NCBI GenBank assembly: GCA_002269645.1
Contig: NIVC01000427.1
Span: 17,590-81,589, forward strand
DNA: 64,000 nucleotides
Direction: 5' to 3'
DNA from: Macrostomum lignano
Lineage: Eukaryota
The position numbers were made by a program, and so were the translations under genes. Positions 35,750 through 48,056 of this stretch are shown here, one piece after another (the stretch's first letter is position 1; the number at the start of each line of letters is the position of its first letter). Below the pieces are notes generated by a model. That model made no database searches, was not told where the DNA came from, and worked only from the letters and a program-made list of their open reading frames with translations.

Positions 35750-36049
35750 GGATATTCCAGCTTCCGCCTGGGTCTCGTGATTGTAGTGATTCGGCATGAA
35801 AGTGTAGTTATACCCGATGCCCTGGCAAACCGGTATAGTGATCGGCTGGCAACGCTTGCCCGAACCCATATCGCTTGGCAGGCTGCCAGCTATGGGGATG
35901 TGACTGGAGCCGAAGTGGCCCGTCCGGCCGTCCGGGTAGTCCGAATAGCCGAGGCCAAGTGGCCGAGTTGGCGGCGAAGAGCGTTCGATGGAGCCGCAGG
36001 CGGACACCAGTGCCAGCAGCAGGCCCAGCAGCAGCAGCTGTCGGCTCAT
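35750..36049 (-). CDS. fzd5/8: Frizzled-5/8, coding exon 1 (signal peptide and CRD start)
   Basis: MSRQLLLLGLLLALVSACG signal peptide; CQPITIPVCQGIGYNYTFMPNHYNHETQAEAGIS|; GTAAGC donor. The four exons total 1830 nt, i.e. 609 aa. Confidence 0.92.
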
Positions 36050-36104
36050 GGGATCTCGACGGACTTGGGATCTGAGTATTGAGGAGGGGAACGGGTTGGG
36101 TGTG

Positions 36105-36520
36105 GATACCATAGAGTGAGAGGTAGACACAAGACAAGATACCACATGGTGAGAGAGGTAGATACGAGACAAGATACCATAGAGTGAGAGGTAGACACAA
36201 GACAAGATACCACATAGTGAGAAAGGTATATACGAGACAAGATACCATATAGTGAGAGGTAGACACAAGACAAGATACCATATAGTGAGAGGTAGACACA
36301 AGACAAGATACCACAGAGTGAGAGGTAGACATGAGATAAGATACCATAGAGTGAGAGGTAGACACGAGACAAGATACCACAGAGTGAGAGGTAGACATGA
36401 GATAAGATACCATAGAGTGAGAGGTAGACACAAGACAAGATACCACAGAGTGAGAGGTAGACATGCGATAAGATACCATAGAGTGAGAGGTAGACACGAG
36501 ATAAGCTACCATAGATCGAG
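36105..36520. repeat. 33-bp minisatellite, array B (same family as A, upstream of frizzled ATG)
   Basis: (GTGAGAGGTAGACACAAGACAAGATACCATAGA) about 12 copies, same orientation as array A. Confidence 0.93.
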
Positions 36521-39500
36521 TGAAAGGTAGCTGGATACGCGATTTAAAAATGGCATCCCAAGCTGAAAATCAATTTAAATGCCAGTTGGCATAAAGCTTT
36601 GAATATTTTTAATGTTGTCGGTAGTCAATGACTTGTGCCTAGGTACTGGAATCTAACATCTAATGCCAGGGTGCCAAAATAAGCAAAGACGCGTGCCTTG
36701 GCACCCGTATGCCACAAAAAGAAACACAGTTTTGTATTGTATTATGATTGTATTCCAATCTCTTTTCATTGCATCCAATTTTTTTCGCAGCCAGCCGCAA
36801 GTGTATCAGCTAACGGAATGTAGAAGCGCCAATACAAAGAGTATACTCATCAAAGGCAGCTGCATCTTACTCTTTTGGAGAAATAGCTTGTAGCTCAGAA
36901 ACTAACATGCAGCGCCGACACTCCATTTCTATTCCTTTGATTCCTTTAGCTGAGCCTTCGCGCCAGGTGTGCCCCCCTTCCCTGTTCCTGTTCCTTGTCC
37001 CAAAGACAAAGGAGCTGCTGCAATATTCATGGTTCCGGGTTGCTCTCTGTTAAGATTTCCAATTGTCGGCTCAACCAACGTCTTCACCGAGAGAAACAAT
37101 ACAATATAAAAAAATTCTGGGTGGCCCCCTCCCTCACCACTGTGTGCGCCAGAGAAGGCATTCAGGTGCCTTCAATGAGGAGAAAAAAATGGTTGCAAAA
37201 CTGCCGATCGATCCCACGCAATACTCAGCTGTGTACCGTGGGATCGCGGAATTTTTGACACACTGGAAGGATTATTGATTCAACTCCATGGGCCTGCCGA
37301 GCTAATGGCTTGCAAACACTGCAATTCGGCCCGTTGAGCGAGAGTCTGATCCCCCCTTGTCTTGGTTCTGTTCTCTTTCATCTGTCGCTCACCCGTTCGC
37401 TAACTAGCTCGCGAAAGCGGATTCTTGAGTCCGTGCTCTCTCAATCTAAGAACGGGTCTCTGTCTCTCCCAGCCACGGCTCGGGCTCCTTGGCTGTTAAA
37501 GACAGCCTCTAATTAACTGGAAAAGTAAAATTTGATACCACCCGAATCCCTCACTTGAACACGGGCTTGCTTGTCTTGTCCTGTCTTGTCAGGACATGCG
37601 CAACCCCTTTGCTCAACCGGGCTTGTCGGGTTTCTCAAAACAGGACAGACGGCGAAAGGCGAGATCTACCCCGCGGGGGGTGGGACTGCTCTCCTCCTAA
37701 AATCAGCCCCTCAGCCAGCCCAGCAACCTCGTCTCTCCGTTCGAGAACCGTGTTACAGCTCAGAGACTGACTGTCTGAACCCCCTAATACCGAAATGAAA
37801 GTTTAATATTGCCAGTTGCAGGCCCGTGACAGTTAATAGCTGTAAGGATAGGATCTGCACAAATCTCCCTCCATTTCTTAGCGAGTATTAAAGGGATTAT
37901 GAGGACTAAGCAGCCCAAGGGAAGTCCGTGTGTCACTCTTTTAGCTATCAGCCAGAATTCCAACTTCCCGGGTGGATAAGGGGGCTACCGATTGGCATCT
38001 TGGAGTATTCAAATACCTTATATCCCAATATACATGTCTCTGCAGCTTAAGCCGAATCGATGAGTCAGACCAGACAGAATCAGACAGATGTAACAGCTGA
38101 TTAACAAACGCACCGGTGTCACTTGTAAGGGGTCACTCCCAAAACAGGCGGTAATCCCAGTCCTGCCTCGTCAGAGCTTGAAATCCTCCTGATTTCTCTT
38201 CTTCCTTTTCTTTCTCTTTTAAAAAGGAACCCCCCGGCCTGCCCGCCTGAATAGTCGGCTTAGAAAAGCAAAAACTCGGGGGGCCAAGCCGCTCCACGGC
38301 GGGACCTGCGCGCGACAGTCAGCTGCGGGCGTCACTTTCCCCCGGTTCCGAGGACTTAGGAAAATATCCGGAGATTGCGCAGGGATTACGGCTTGTCTCC
38401 AACGTCATGTGTCGGCAACTCCTTCGGCATTCCAACTGTTCCTAAATAGGAGAGTTTTAAAGGCTTCTTGAAGCCTGTAAATTTGTCGCTGGAAACTGGA
38501 AACTGTAACCGGGCCGGTCCATTATAGAGGCGTTTTCTCTGCAAGGGCAATTTCCTTATATTTTCCCTCGCGCTGAGTAAACACTGAGTCCCCCCGCTCT
38601 ATTTAGTCACAGGGATAATTTTTTTAAAACACGCCAGACAGACTGAAAACGGTATTGCGACTTTTTCACGTGCACCATAATGCAGAGGCGACTCAACCGC
38701 AAATGCTACACTGCTAGAGGAAAAAGTGAAAACGGGTCCTTTGTCTGTCCTTTCTCTGCCCTCCCCTCCCACCCAGCCCAGTGCCGTCACGGAGAGGTGA
38801 GCTGGTGTGTGTGTGAATCAGCGGACAACAGCTATAAGCCTGGATTGGATAGAGAGTGTTGGTGGAGCTGCAAAAGAAGCAGCGACAGTCGCATTGAACC
38901 GAGATGGCTACCCGAGACCCACTTCAGAAAATCTGCTTACTGCAGCGCCGCAAAAACTCGCTGAGTCGCAAAGCCTGCAGCGCGGCGGACAAGTGGATTT
39001 GAGCACACAATTAACGTTAATCAGCATGCAAGCCGTGACTCACACAGAGAATCCGCTCTCTATGACTTGCGGTAGGGAGGGGGTGGAGAAGGGGAGCCAC
39101 TGGCTGGCTTAATCCGCTCCCTGGGCTCTTTGCTTGATTCGAAGGCGCGCTTCTTCTGCAAGAGAATGACAACAGCAGACAGAGGGGAGACAGAGACTCA
39201 AAGAGAGGGTGGAGCTGCAGGGAGCAGAAAGTTGGCAGCTTTCTATGAAAAACAGCTCACTCCACTTCCTGCCTGTCTGCACTGCATTGAACAGTAGCAG
39301 AGTAGTGGAGTGGCTTCAAGTCTGAAAAGTCTCATATAGTTGGGACAGCTGCTCAGGAAGGGGACTTGATTGGCAGGAGCAGGCACTGCAGTTGTCAGTG
39401 TGGCGGTCGGTTTGCCAGAGATTTATTATTGTAAGAAATTCAATCAAGAAAGCAAAAATCTGGTTAATTTACAGACATATAACTAATCTCACTATGTTTT

Positions 39501-40049
39501 AAAGCAATTTCACTCAATTGTTTTTGAACTTAGGATTGCCAGCATCAGCCTGCTTCATGTTCATATGTTGCACGGTCATTACTAGCAAGATTTGTTAATG
39601 CTAAATAATCTGTGCAAAAATACGTACAAGCGGTAAAGCCTCTAGTGTCTGCCTGAACTTGTCTAGGCAATTCCAGTGTCTATCAATCGACATCAGTCTA
39701 ATACTGTATAGACCTTCTAATTGATATTCTTAGTGCGCTTGACTGACATGCAGTTTGGGGGCGGAGTCGATGGGACTGCTTGGCGGGTGCCTTTGGCTGT
39801 CAGTCAAATTCTCAGTCATTCCATGCGCGAACAACCTTCACCTCAGCAAATCAGTAATTTGTTATTTATTGCAGCGAAGAGAAAGGCGAGGGAAGGTGCT
39901 AGTCAGAAGCTTGTTGCTACCCTTGCATAGGTAATCGGTACTGCTGCTGCACTGTGCGAGCTGGTGCAACCTGACACGGGAAGTTGAGATTTTTTAGTAA
40001 CAATTTGACCCCCATCAGTGTGGGCGTCTGACTGGTTGGATTCAGCCAG

Positions 40050-41236
40050 ATGACACTAGGATAGACTGGCCGCCTGACACTAGGGAAGACTAGCAAGCTG
40101 ACACTAGGGGAGACCGGCCATCTGACACTAGGGGAGACTGGCCGCCTGACACTAGGGAAGACTAGCAAGCTGACACTAGGGGAGACCGGCCATCTGACAC
40201 TAGGGGAGACTGGCAATCTGACACTAGAGAAGACTGGCCGCCTGACACTAGGGAAGACTAGCAATCTGACACTAGGGAAGACCGGCCATCTGACACTAGG
40301 GAAGACCGGCCATCTGACACTAGGGAAGACTGGCCATCTGACACTAGGGGAGACCAGCAATCTGACACTAGGGGAGACCAGCAATCTGACACTAGGGAAG
40401 ACCAGCAATCTGACACTAGGGGAGACCAGCAATCTGACACTAGGGGAGACCAGCAATCTGACACTAGGGGAGACCAGCAATCTGACACTAGGGGAGACCG
40501 GCCATCTGACACTAGGGGAGACCAGCAATCTGACACTAGGGGAGACCAGCAATCTGACACTAGGGAAGACCGGCCATCTGACACTAGGGGAGACCAGCAA
40601 TCTGACACTAGGGGAGACCAGCAATCTGACACTAGGGGAGACCGGCCATCTGACACTAGGGGAGACCAGCAATCTGACACTAGGGGAGACCAGCAATCTG
40701 ACACTAGGGGAGACCGGCCATCTGACACTAGGGGAGACCAGCAATCTGACACTAGGAGAGACCAGCAATCTGACACTAGGGGAGACCGGCCATCTGACAC
40801 TAGGGGAGACCAGCAATCTGACACTAGGGGAGACGGACCATCTGACACTAGGGGAGACCAGCAATCTGACACTAGGGGAGACCGGCCATCTGACACTAGG
40901 GGAGACCGGCCATCTGACACTAGGGGAGACCGGCCATCTGACACTAGGGGAGACCAGCAATCTGACACTAGGGAAGACTGGCCGCCTGACACTAGGGAAG
41001 ACTGGCCGCCTGACACTAGGGAAGACTGGCCGCCTGACACTAGGGGAGACCAGCAATCTGACACTAGGGGAGACCGGCCATCTGACACTAGGGGAGACCG
41101 GCCATCTGACACTAGGGGAGACCGGCCATCTGACACTAGGGAAGACCGGCCATCTGACACTAGGGAAGACCGGCCATCTGACACTAGGGAAGACCGGCCA
41201 TCTGACACTAGGGAAGACTGGCAATCTAACACTAGG
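40050..41236. repeat. 24-bp minisatellite (CTGACACTAGGGGAGACC + GGCCAT/AGCAAT)
   Basis: About 49 copies with two interspersed variants. Confidence 0.97.
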
Positions 41237-41679
41237 AAGAAAAGACTAAGTCTGATGATCAGTTCATTAAGAAGCGTTTAGCTCGCGCATTCACAAATCG
41301 AGGCCCTACAGCGAAAGCATCAGCTACAATCCATACAGCACAGGTAAGGGCTGATGCTGCATAGGGATAACGCTGCTCCTATCCCAGCAAGCTTTTTGGG
41401 AAATAACGATTGCTCGGTTAGATTAGGCTACGCAGCCCTGCAAAGGGGATTTTTTCCTATAACGGTATACATATAGTCTGTCAGTCAGGAAAGAGCGACC
41501 GCTGCAGTTTCACGAGGCTTAGGTGTGCGTTATGTATTCTGCACTGGCGGCATTGGCAGTGGGGTTAACATACACTCTGACATACTTTTTATTTAGTTAA
41601 GTCTCACATACCTCTTAGTCTCTGCATGAGGCGATAGGGTCTCTAGACGAGGGGCTTAGAATCTGACACTCCCGAATCA

Positions 41680-42300
41680 GAATCTCCAGATGAAGAGCAA
41701 TGAGATCTCTAGATGTGGAGCCATGAGATCTCAAGATGAAGAGCCGTGAGATCTCTAGATGAAAAGCCGTGAAATCTCTAGATGAGGAGACATGAGATCT
41801 TAGATGAGAAGCCATGATATCTCTAGATGAGGAGACATGAGATCTCTAGATGAGGAGACATAAAATCGCTAGATGAGCAGCCATGAGATCTCTAGATGAG
41901 GAGACATGAAATCTCTAGATGAGAAGCCATGAGATCTCTAGATGAGGAGACATGAGATCTCTAGATGAGGAGACATAAAATCGCTAGATGAGGAGACATG
42001 AGATCTCTAGATGAGGAGACATGAGATCGCTAGATGAGGAGACGAGATCTCTAGATGAAAAGCCGTGAGATCTCTAGATGAAAAGCTGTGAGGCATAAGG
42101 AGATATGAGATCGCTAGATGAGAAGCCATGAGATCGCTAGATGAGGAGACATTAAATCTCTAGATGAAGAGCCATGATATCTCTAGATGAGGAGCCATGA
42201 GATCTCTAGATGAGGAGACATGAGATCGCTAGATAAGGAGACATGACATCTCTAGATGAGGAGCCATGAGATATCTAGAAAATTGGGCAGTATCTCTAGA
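41680..42300. repeat. ~23-bp degenerate minisatellite (GATGAGGAGACATGAGATCTCTA)
   Basis: About 26 copies. Confidence 0.9.
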
Positions 42301-43635
42301 GAAGGTGCCAGGATCCATAAGCAGGTACGAAGGTGTGTGCAACCGAGTCTCTAGATGGTGCAAACATGCCCGATCCCCGAAAAAGTTAATAATAAAAGTT
42401 TGATTGATCAATGATTGCTCACCCATGCATTTTGGCAGCTCAGAGGTCGCTCTGTTCAACGCGCCAGAATTTGTATTTCTTTTCAATTTCTGCTTTCGTA
42501 AAGCTTTTATGGTACAGTTTTTTAGTTTTAAAATTTTTACGACCTTAAAGCTGTCACCTGGGAACGGGAGGAGACAGCGGCGATTGACAGTAATAAATTA
42601 ATAGGGCGGGGCCGGGACTGCAGTTTATAGGCGGAAAGAATTGTATGAGGGGAGGGGAGAGAAGTAAGAAGAGATGAGGCGTCGAATGGTCTAATATCTC
42701 ATCCCCAATAAGCTGTCCGGCCCAACCTTCCGTGCACTGCTCAACCCTTGCAATGATGGAACACAACCAGGGGACAGGGTGAGGCGAAGGTCCCAACCCC
42801 CAGCTGACAGCCAATCAGAGCCAAGCTGTGTGCCTATTGGGTGATGATTTGGTTATGGGTAGCCTTTAATGCTGATTAACACATTGACGAGGAGGGGAAG
42901 GAGTGGCATGAGGGGATAGGGTTGGGGTCTATATTTTTGCGCGGGTCACGGATGCTGCTCTTGTGCTATAACTCCAGGGGCATCATCATCATTTCCAGCG
43001 GTTTTTGATTGACAGGGCCTTGTTGTATTATGTGGTGGGGGGCTTGGCGGACAATGGCAGAGAAGCTGAATGGGACTCAGTGTGGAGACTGCCTTCCCTC
43101 GCCCCTGCACCCCTGCACCTCAAATTTGTCCAGCAGCATCATTGCAGCTTCCTCTCAGCCTCTCGGCTTCATCTCCTCCCAACAATTCCTGCCTGCCTCA
43201 GCCTCCCCCACTTGTCCATTATTCAAGCTTCCTCTCACGGCATCAATTATGCAAGTTCTGGAGAGTTTGCTCTCCCCTCTCAATCCTTTTCCCTGCTCCC
43301 CCCTCGACAGCACGCGACTTCTGCTGCTGCCAAGCCAGTGGGTTCACCTCAGCCTCTGTCCAAATTCAATTCCATATAGGTAGCGCTGCCACAGATGTAC
43401 GGAGGACGGATTGACACACCTGGACACCCCCAAACAGCTTCCATCATCTGGCCACTCTAACTAACTAAATCCTCATCTTACGCCTGACCCTGGTCCCTCC
43501 GTTCCTCTCTCTCTCTGTACCACCAAAACTCTTGCGCTCACGGTTACTAGGAGTATGCATTGAGCTCCCCATTTGGCAGGGACTTGAATAAAATTCCCGA
43601 AATTTTTTTGAGCGAAACAATTTCACACAAATTGC

Positions 43636-44203
43636 TTTAGCACCAGGGGCTTTAGCACCAGGGGCTTTAGCACCAAGGGGCTTTAGCACCAGGGGCTTTA
43701 GCACCAAGGGGCTTTAGCACCAGGGGCTTTAGCACCAGGGGCTTTAGCACCAGGGGCTTTAGCACCAGGGGCTTTAGCACCAGGGGCTTTAGCACCAGGG
43801 GCTTTAGCACCAGGGGCGCCAGCACCAGGGGCGCCAGCACCAGGGGCTTTAGCACCAGGGGCTTTAGCACCAGGGGCTTTAGCACCAGGGGCTTTAGCAC
43901 CAGGGGCGCCAGCACCAGGGGCGCCAGCACCAGGGGCGCCAGCACCAGGGGCGCCAGCACCAGGGGCGCCAGCACCAGGGGCGCCAGCACCAGGGGCGCC
44001 AGCACCAGGGGCGCCAGCACCAGGGGCGCCAGCACCAGGGGCGCCAGCACCAGGGGCGCCAGCACCAGGGGCGCCAGCACCAGGGGCGCCAGCACCAGGG
44101 GCGCCAGCACCAGGGGCGCCAGCACCAGGGGCGCCAGCACCAGGGGCGCCAGCACCAGGGGCGCCAGCACCAGGGGCGCCAGCACCAGGGGCGCCAGCAC
44201 CAG
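43636..44203. repeat. 15-bp minisatellite (GCACCAGGGGCTTTA / GCACCAGGGGCGCCA)
   Basis: About 38 copies, with the two variants in blocks. Confidence 0.97.
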
Positions 44204-44789
44204 GGTCTGGCTATAGCAAGTGCCACGTGGTCCCACAAAGCAGGGAATAGAGCTTGCACCTGTGTGCCATCCTCTCACAATCCTCTGCAGAAAAGCAAAC
44301 GTTTTCTGCCAACATTCCAATAATAACTAGGTGTACACAATGCCATTTATATTGGGACTGACAGAATGTGGCGGTGTCTCACGCAGAGTAACTTGGGTTC
44401 CGCTATACTGCCAATCTGTATATTATCTATACCCAGTCCCAAATTCCACCGCCTTGCCAAGCTCGCAGTTTGGCACGGAATTTCATAAAGCAAGTGAATA
44501 GAAACATTTCTTTGCTTTTTCGTCCAGAAAATTCTTTGAATTCTTTGTTTTCTTGGTTTTTTTATAAATTCAGCGACTGCCTCCATTTAAGCCATTTAAG
44601 CCAGAGAAGAAAAAACCCGATTGCTTGCTTCTGCTGTTCATGCATTTCCATAACGATTCACAGTGTCTTTTTGTGCGAAAATCAAGACCAACCGCTTCCT
44701 CGGAGCCTTGGGAGCCTTTTTCTTCCTAATATGACGCTACACGACTTCCTTAGTGCCTCAGTGCATCTTCCAGTGACCTGCTATCTCTG

Positions 44790-46190
44790 AAAAAGTGACC
44801 CAGTGCATCGTCCTGGGACCTACTGCCTCTTCCAGTGACCCACTACCTCTTCCAGTGACCTACTACCTCTTCCAGTGACCCACTACCTCTTCCAGTGACC
44901 CACTACCTCTTCCAGTGACCCACTACCTCTTCCAGTGACCCACTACCTCTTCCAGTGACCCACTACCTCTTTCAGTGACCCACTACCTCTTCCAGTGACC
45001 CACTACCTCTTCCAGTGACCTACTACCTCTCCCAGTGACCTACTACCTCTTCCAGTGACCTACTACCTCTTCCTACGTCTTCCAGTGACCTACTACCTCT
45101 TCCAGTGACCTACTACCTCTTCCAGTGACCTACTACCTCTTCCAGTGACCCACTACCTCTTCCAGTGACCCACTACCTCTTCCAGTGACCCACTACCTCT
45201 TCCAGTGACCCACTACCTCTTCCAGTGACCCACTACCTCTTCCAGTGACCCACTACCTCTTTCAGTGACCCACTACCTCTTCCAGTGACCTACTACCTCT
45301 TCCAGTGACCCACTACCTCTTCCAGTGACCTACTACCTCTTCCTACGTCTTCCAGTGACCTACTACCTCTTTCTACGTCTTCCAGTGATTTACTGCGTCT
45401 TCCAGTGACCTGCTATCTCTTCCAGTGACCTACTACCTCTTTCAGTGACCCACTACCTCTTCCAGTGACCTACTACCTCTCCCAGTGACCTACTACCTCT
45501 CCCAGTGACCTACTACCTCTCCCAGTGACCTGCTATCTCTTCCAGTGACCCACTACCTCTCCCAGTGACCCACTACGTCTTCCATTGACCTACTGTGTCT
45601 TCCAGTGACCCACTACGTCTTCCAGTGACCCACTACCTCTTCCAGTGACCCACTACCTCTTCCAGTGACCCACTACCTCTTCCAGTGACCTACTACCTCT
45701 TCCAGTGACCTACTACCTCTTCCAGTGACCTACTACCTCTTCCAGTGACCTACTACCTCTTCCAGTGACCTACTACCTCTTCCAGTGACCTACTACCTCT
45801 TCCTACGTCTTCCAGTGACCTACTACCTCTTCCAGTGACCTACTACCTCTTCCAGTGACCTACTACCTCTTCCAGTGACCTACTACCTCTTCCTACGTCT
45901 TCCAGTGACCTACTACCTCTTCCAGTGACCTACTACCTCTTCCTACGTCTTCCAGTGACCTACTACCTCTTTCTACGTCTTCCAGTGATTTACTGCGTCT
46001 TCCAGTGACCTGCTATCTCTTCCAGTGACCTACTACCTCTTCCAGTGACCTGCTATCTCTTCCAGTGACCTACTACCTCTCCCAGTGACCTGCTATCTCT
46101 TCCAGTGACCTACTACCTCTCCCAGTGACCCACTACGTCTTCCATTGACCTACTGTGTCTTCCAGTGACCCACTACGTCTTTCATTGACG
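44790..46190. repeat. 20-bp minisatellite (CCAGTGACCTACTACCTCTT)
   Basis: About 68 copies. Confidence 0.97.
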
Positions 46191-46969
46191 TACGGTTTCT
46201 GACGGTGCTTCGGCCATGCATGTTTCATAAGATACTAGTAAAACAAAATTGAGTGACTTTATGCTTGTATTATTTATGAAAAAAAACGTTATTAGCCTCA
46301 TTAAGAAGTTATTAGATAATAATTTAACTGTAAGCTACATGCTCACTATTGTCTGTCGCTTAACGGTGATAATTTCACATAATTTCACATACATGAATAG
46401 CAATAGGTAAATTTTACTTTTTATTCGCTTATCTGGACAGATCTGTAAATTAGGGTAGCGAGAGTTAAAGAAAGGCAAAGTCGCAGTTGCGCAACCAGAA
46501 AAGAAAAGGATTAGCCTAGCTCTTGCCTCTTTTAAACAAAAATTTGCTTGAAATTTCCTCTCCCTTGAAGCTACCCCCCCCCCCCTCGAAACTAGCGCCT
46601 TTTGTCTGCGCGCATATTGATTGCGCATTTGCACCCTATAAATAATACTCTGGCCTTTATACTAAATTCCATTATAGGAAGGAAAAAGGTGCCATCCTAA
46701 TCCTATTGTTTTCTATAAATTTTGAACGTACAGTAAATTAATTGGAATTAACACCATTCCTCACACAACCGTTTCCATCGAATTGTGTTAATATGCAACG
46801 TGCAGGTTCCAACTGGTCCCGTGCATGCATGCAGCCTAAAATTCAAACCACGCAGAACTTTGGATCCCCAACGCTCAAACAGGGAAATATTTCACAATTA
46901 ATTTGCATCCGTGCTTTAAGAGATTATGGATCATTAAGTATAGAGAAAGGTAGCCCTAAACATGACATC

Positions 46970-47585
46970 CACTGGTGCCCCACGTGGAGGAAGACCTCCG
47001 GCGGCGCAGAGGACTTGCCTGGGCGGCCTTTCGTTCGATCCGAGCCGTCCTCCAGTCTGAAGCTCTGACCGACCGCCAGAAGGCTTGCGGCTGTGGCAGT
47101 CGGTGGTCGAAACCGTCCTGCTCTACAACGCCGAGACGTGGACGCTGACGGCTACGCTGGAGCGGCAGTTGGACTCGGTGCACTCAGGGCTGCTCCGTGC
47201 GGCCTTTCGAGCTGACGAGCGAGAGCGTCGGGACCGAGGACCTGTACGATTGAGCCAAGTTGCAGCGCCCGTCTACCATCCTGCGCCGGCGGCGACTTCA
47301 ACTGGTGGGCCACGTGATCCGGACCGAGGGCTGCTACTGCTCCCAAACCTGTTCAATTAAGACGTCCTTGCTGCTCACCTTGCAGGCCCCGTTCAGGCGG
47401 GGTCAGGCCCAAACCCGTCGATACGTGGACTGCCTCCTATTATGCGACGCCGAGGCGCCCGACACTGCCAACTGGGTGGACTTCGTCTGTTCTCAGGCTC
47501 TGCGGCGCGCCATCTAACACGCCCTGTTCTCCTGTGGCTGTGACCTTACATGCGGGGCTGCGTACTTTGTTGTTAATCTGTTTTG
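46970..47585 (+). mobile_element. 5'-truncated, frameshifted non-LTR retrotransposon (RTE-like) 3' fragment
   Basis: Joined frames read EEDLRRRRGLAWAAFRSI...VETVLLYNAETWTLT...RRRRLQLVGHVIR..., which matches the post-RT C-terminal region of RTE/CR1/L2-type ORF2 (LLYG.ETW; RRL.W.GHV). Confidence 0.75.
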
Positions 47586-48056
47586 TTATGCAAAACAAGA
47601 ATTAAAAGTAGCTCGTATTTATAATTCAAAGAATATATTAGTAGTCCCAGAATGATAAAATAATATCATAGGCTTTAAGCTCATGTTTATTGCAATTGAG
47701 CTACACTCATTACAAAGGGGTAGGTCGACACTAATTAACTGTCCTGTAGAAAGACAGTGATGTGTACATGTATCTGAATATGACTAATTAATGCGCTAAA
47801 GCATGCAAACACATGTGCAAAGTGCAACAGTGCAAGAATGACATTGCCGAATTTATCATGCCCCGGTGCTTGCTGTCAGAGCAGTTGAACAAATCCACGC
47901 ATTACAATATGAATGAGAGTCAAAATTAGAGTGGCAAATATACATATTTGCGGAACTACGAGTATAATAGCAGAAAATAGCAGAATCCACTGGAAGGGCA
48001 AGGACATTCTCTAAAAAAACAAGTTTATGGACTTTGGCAGACTTAAGCGATTAGTA

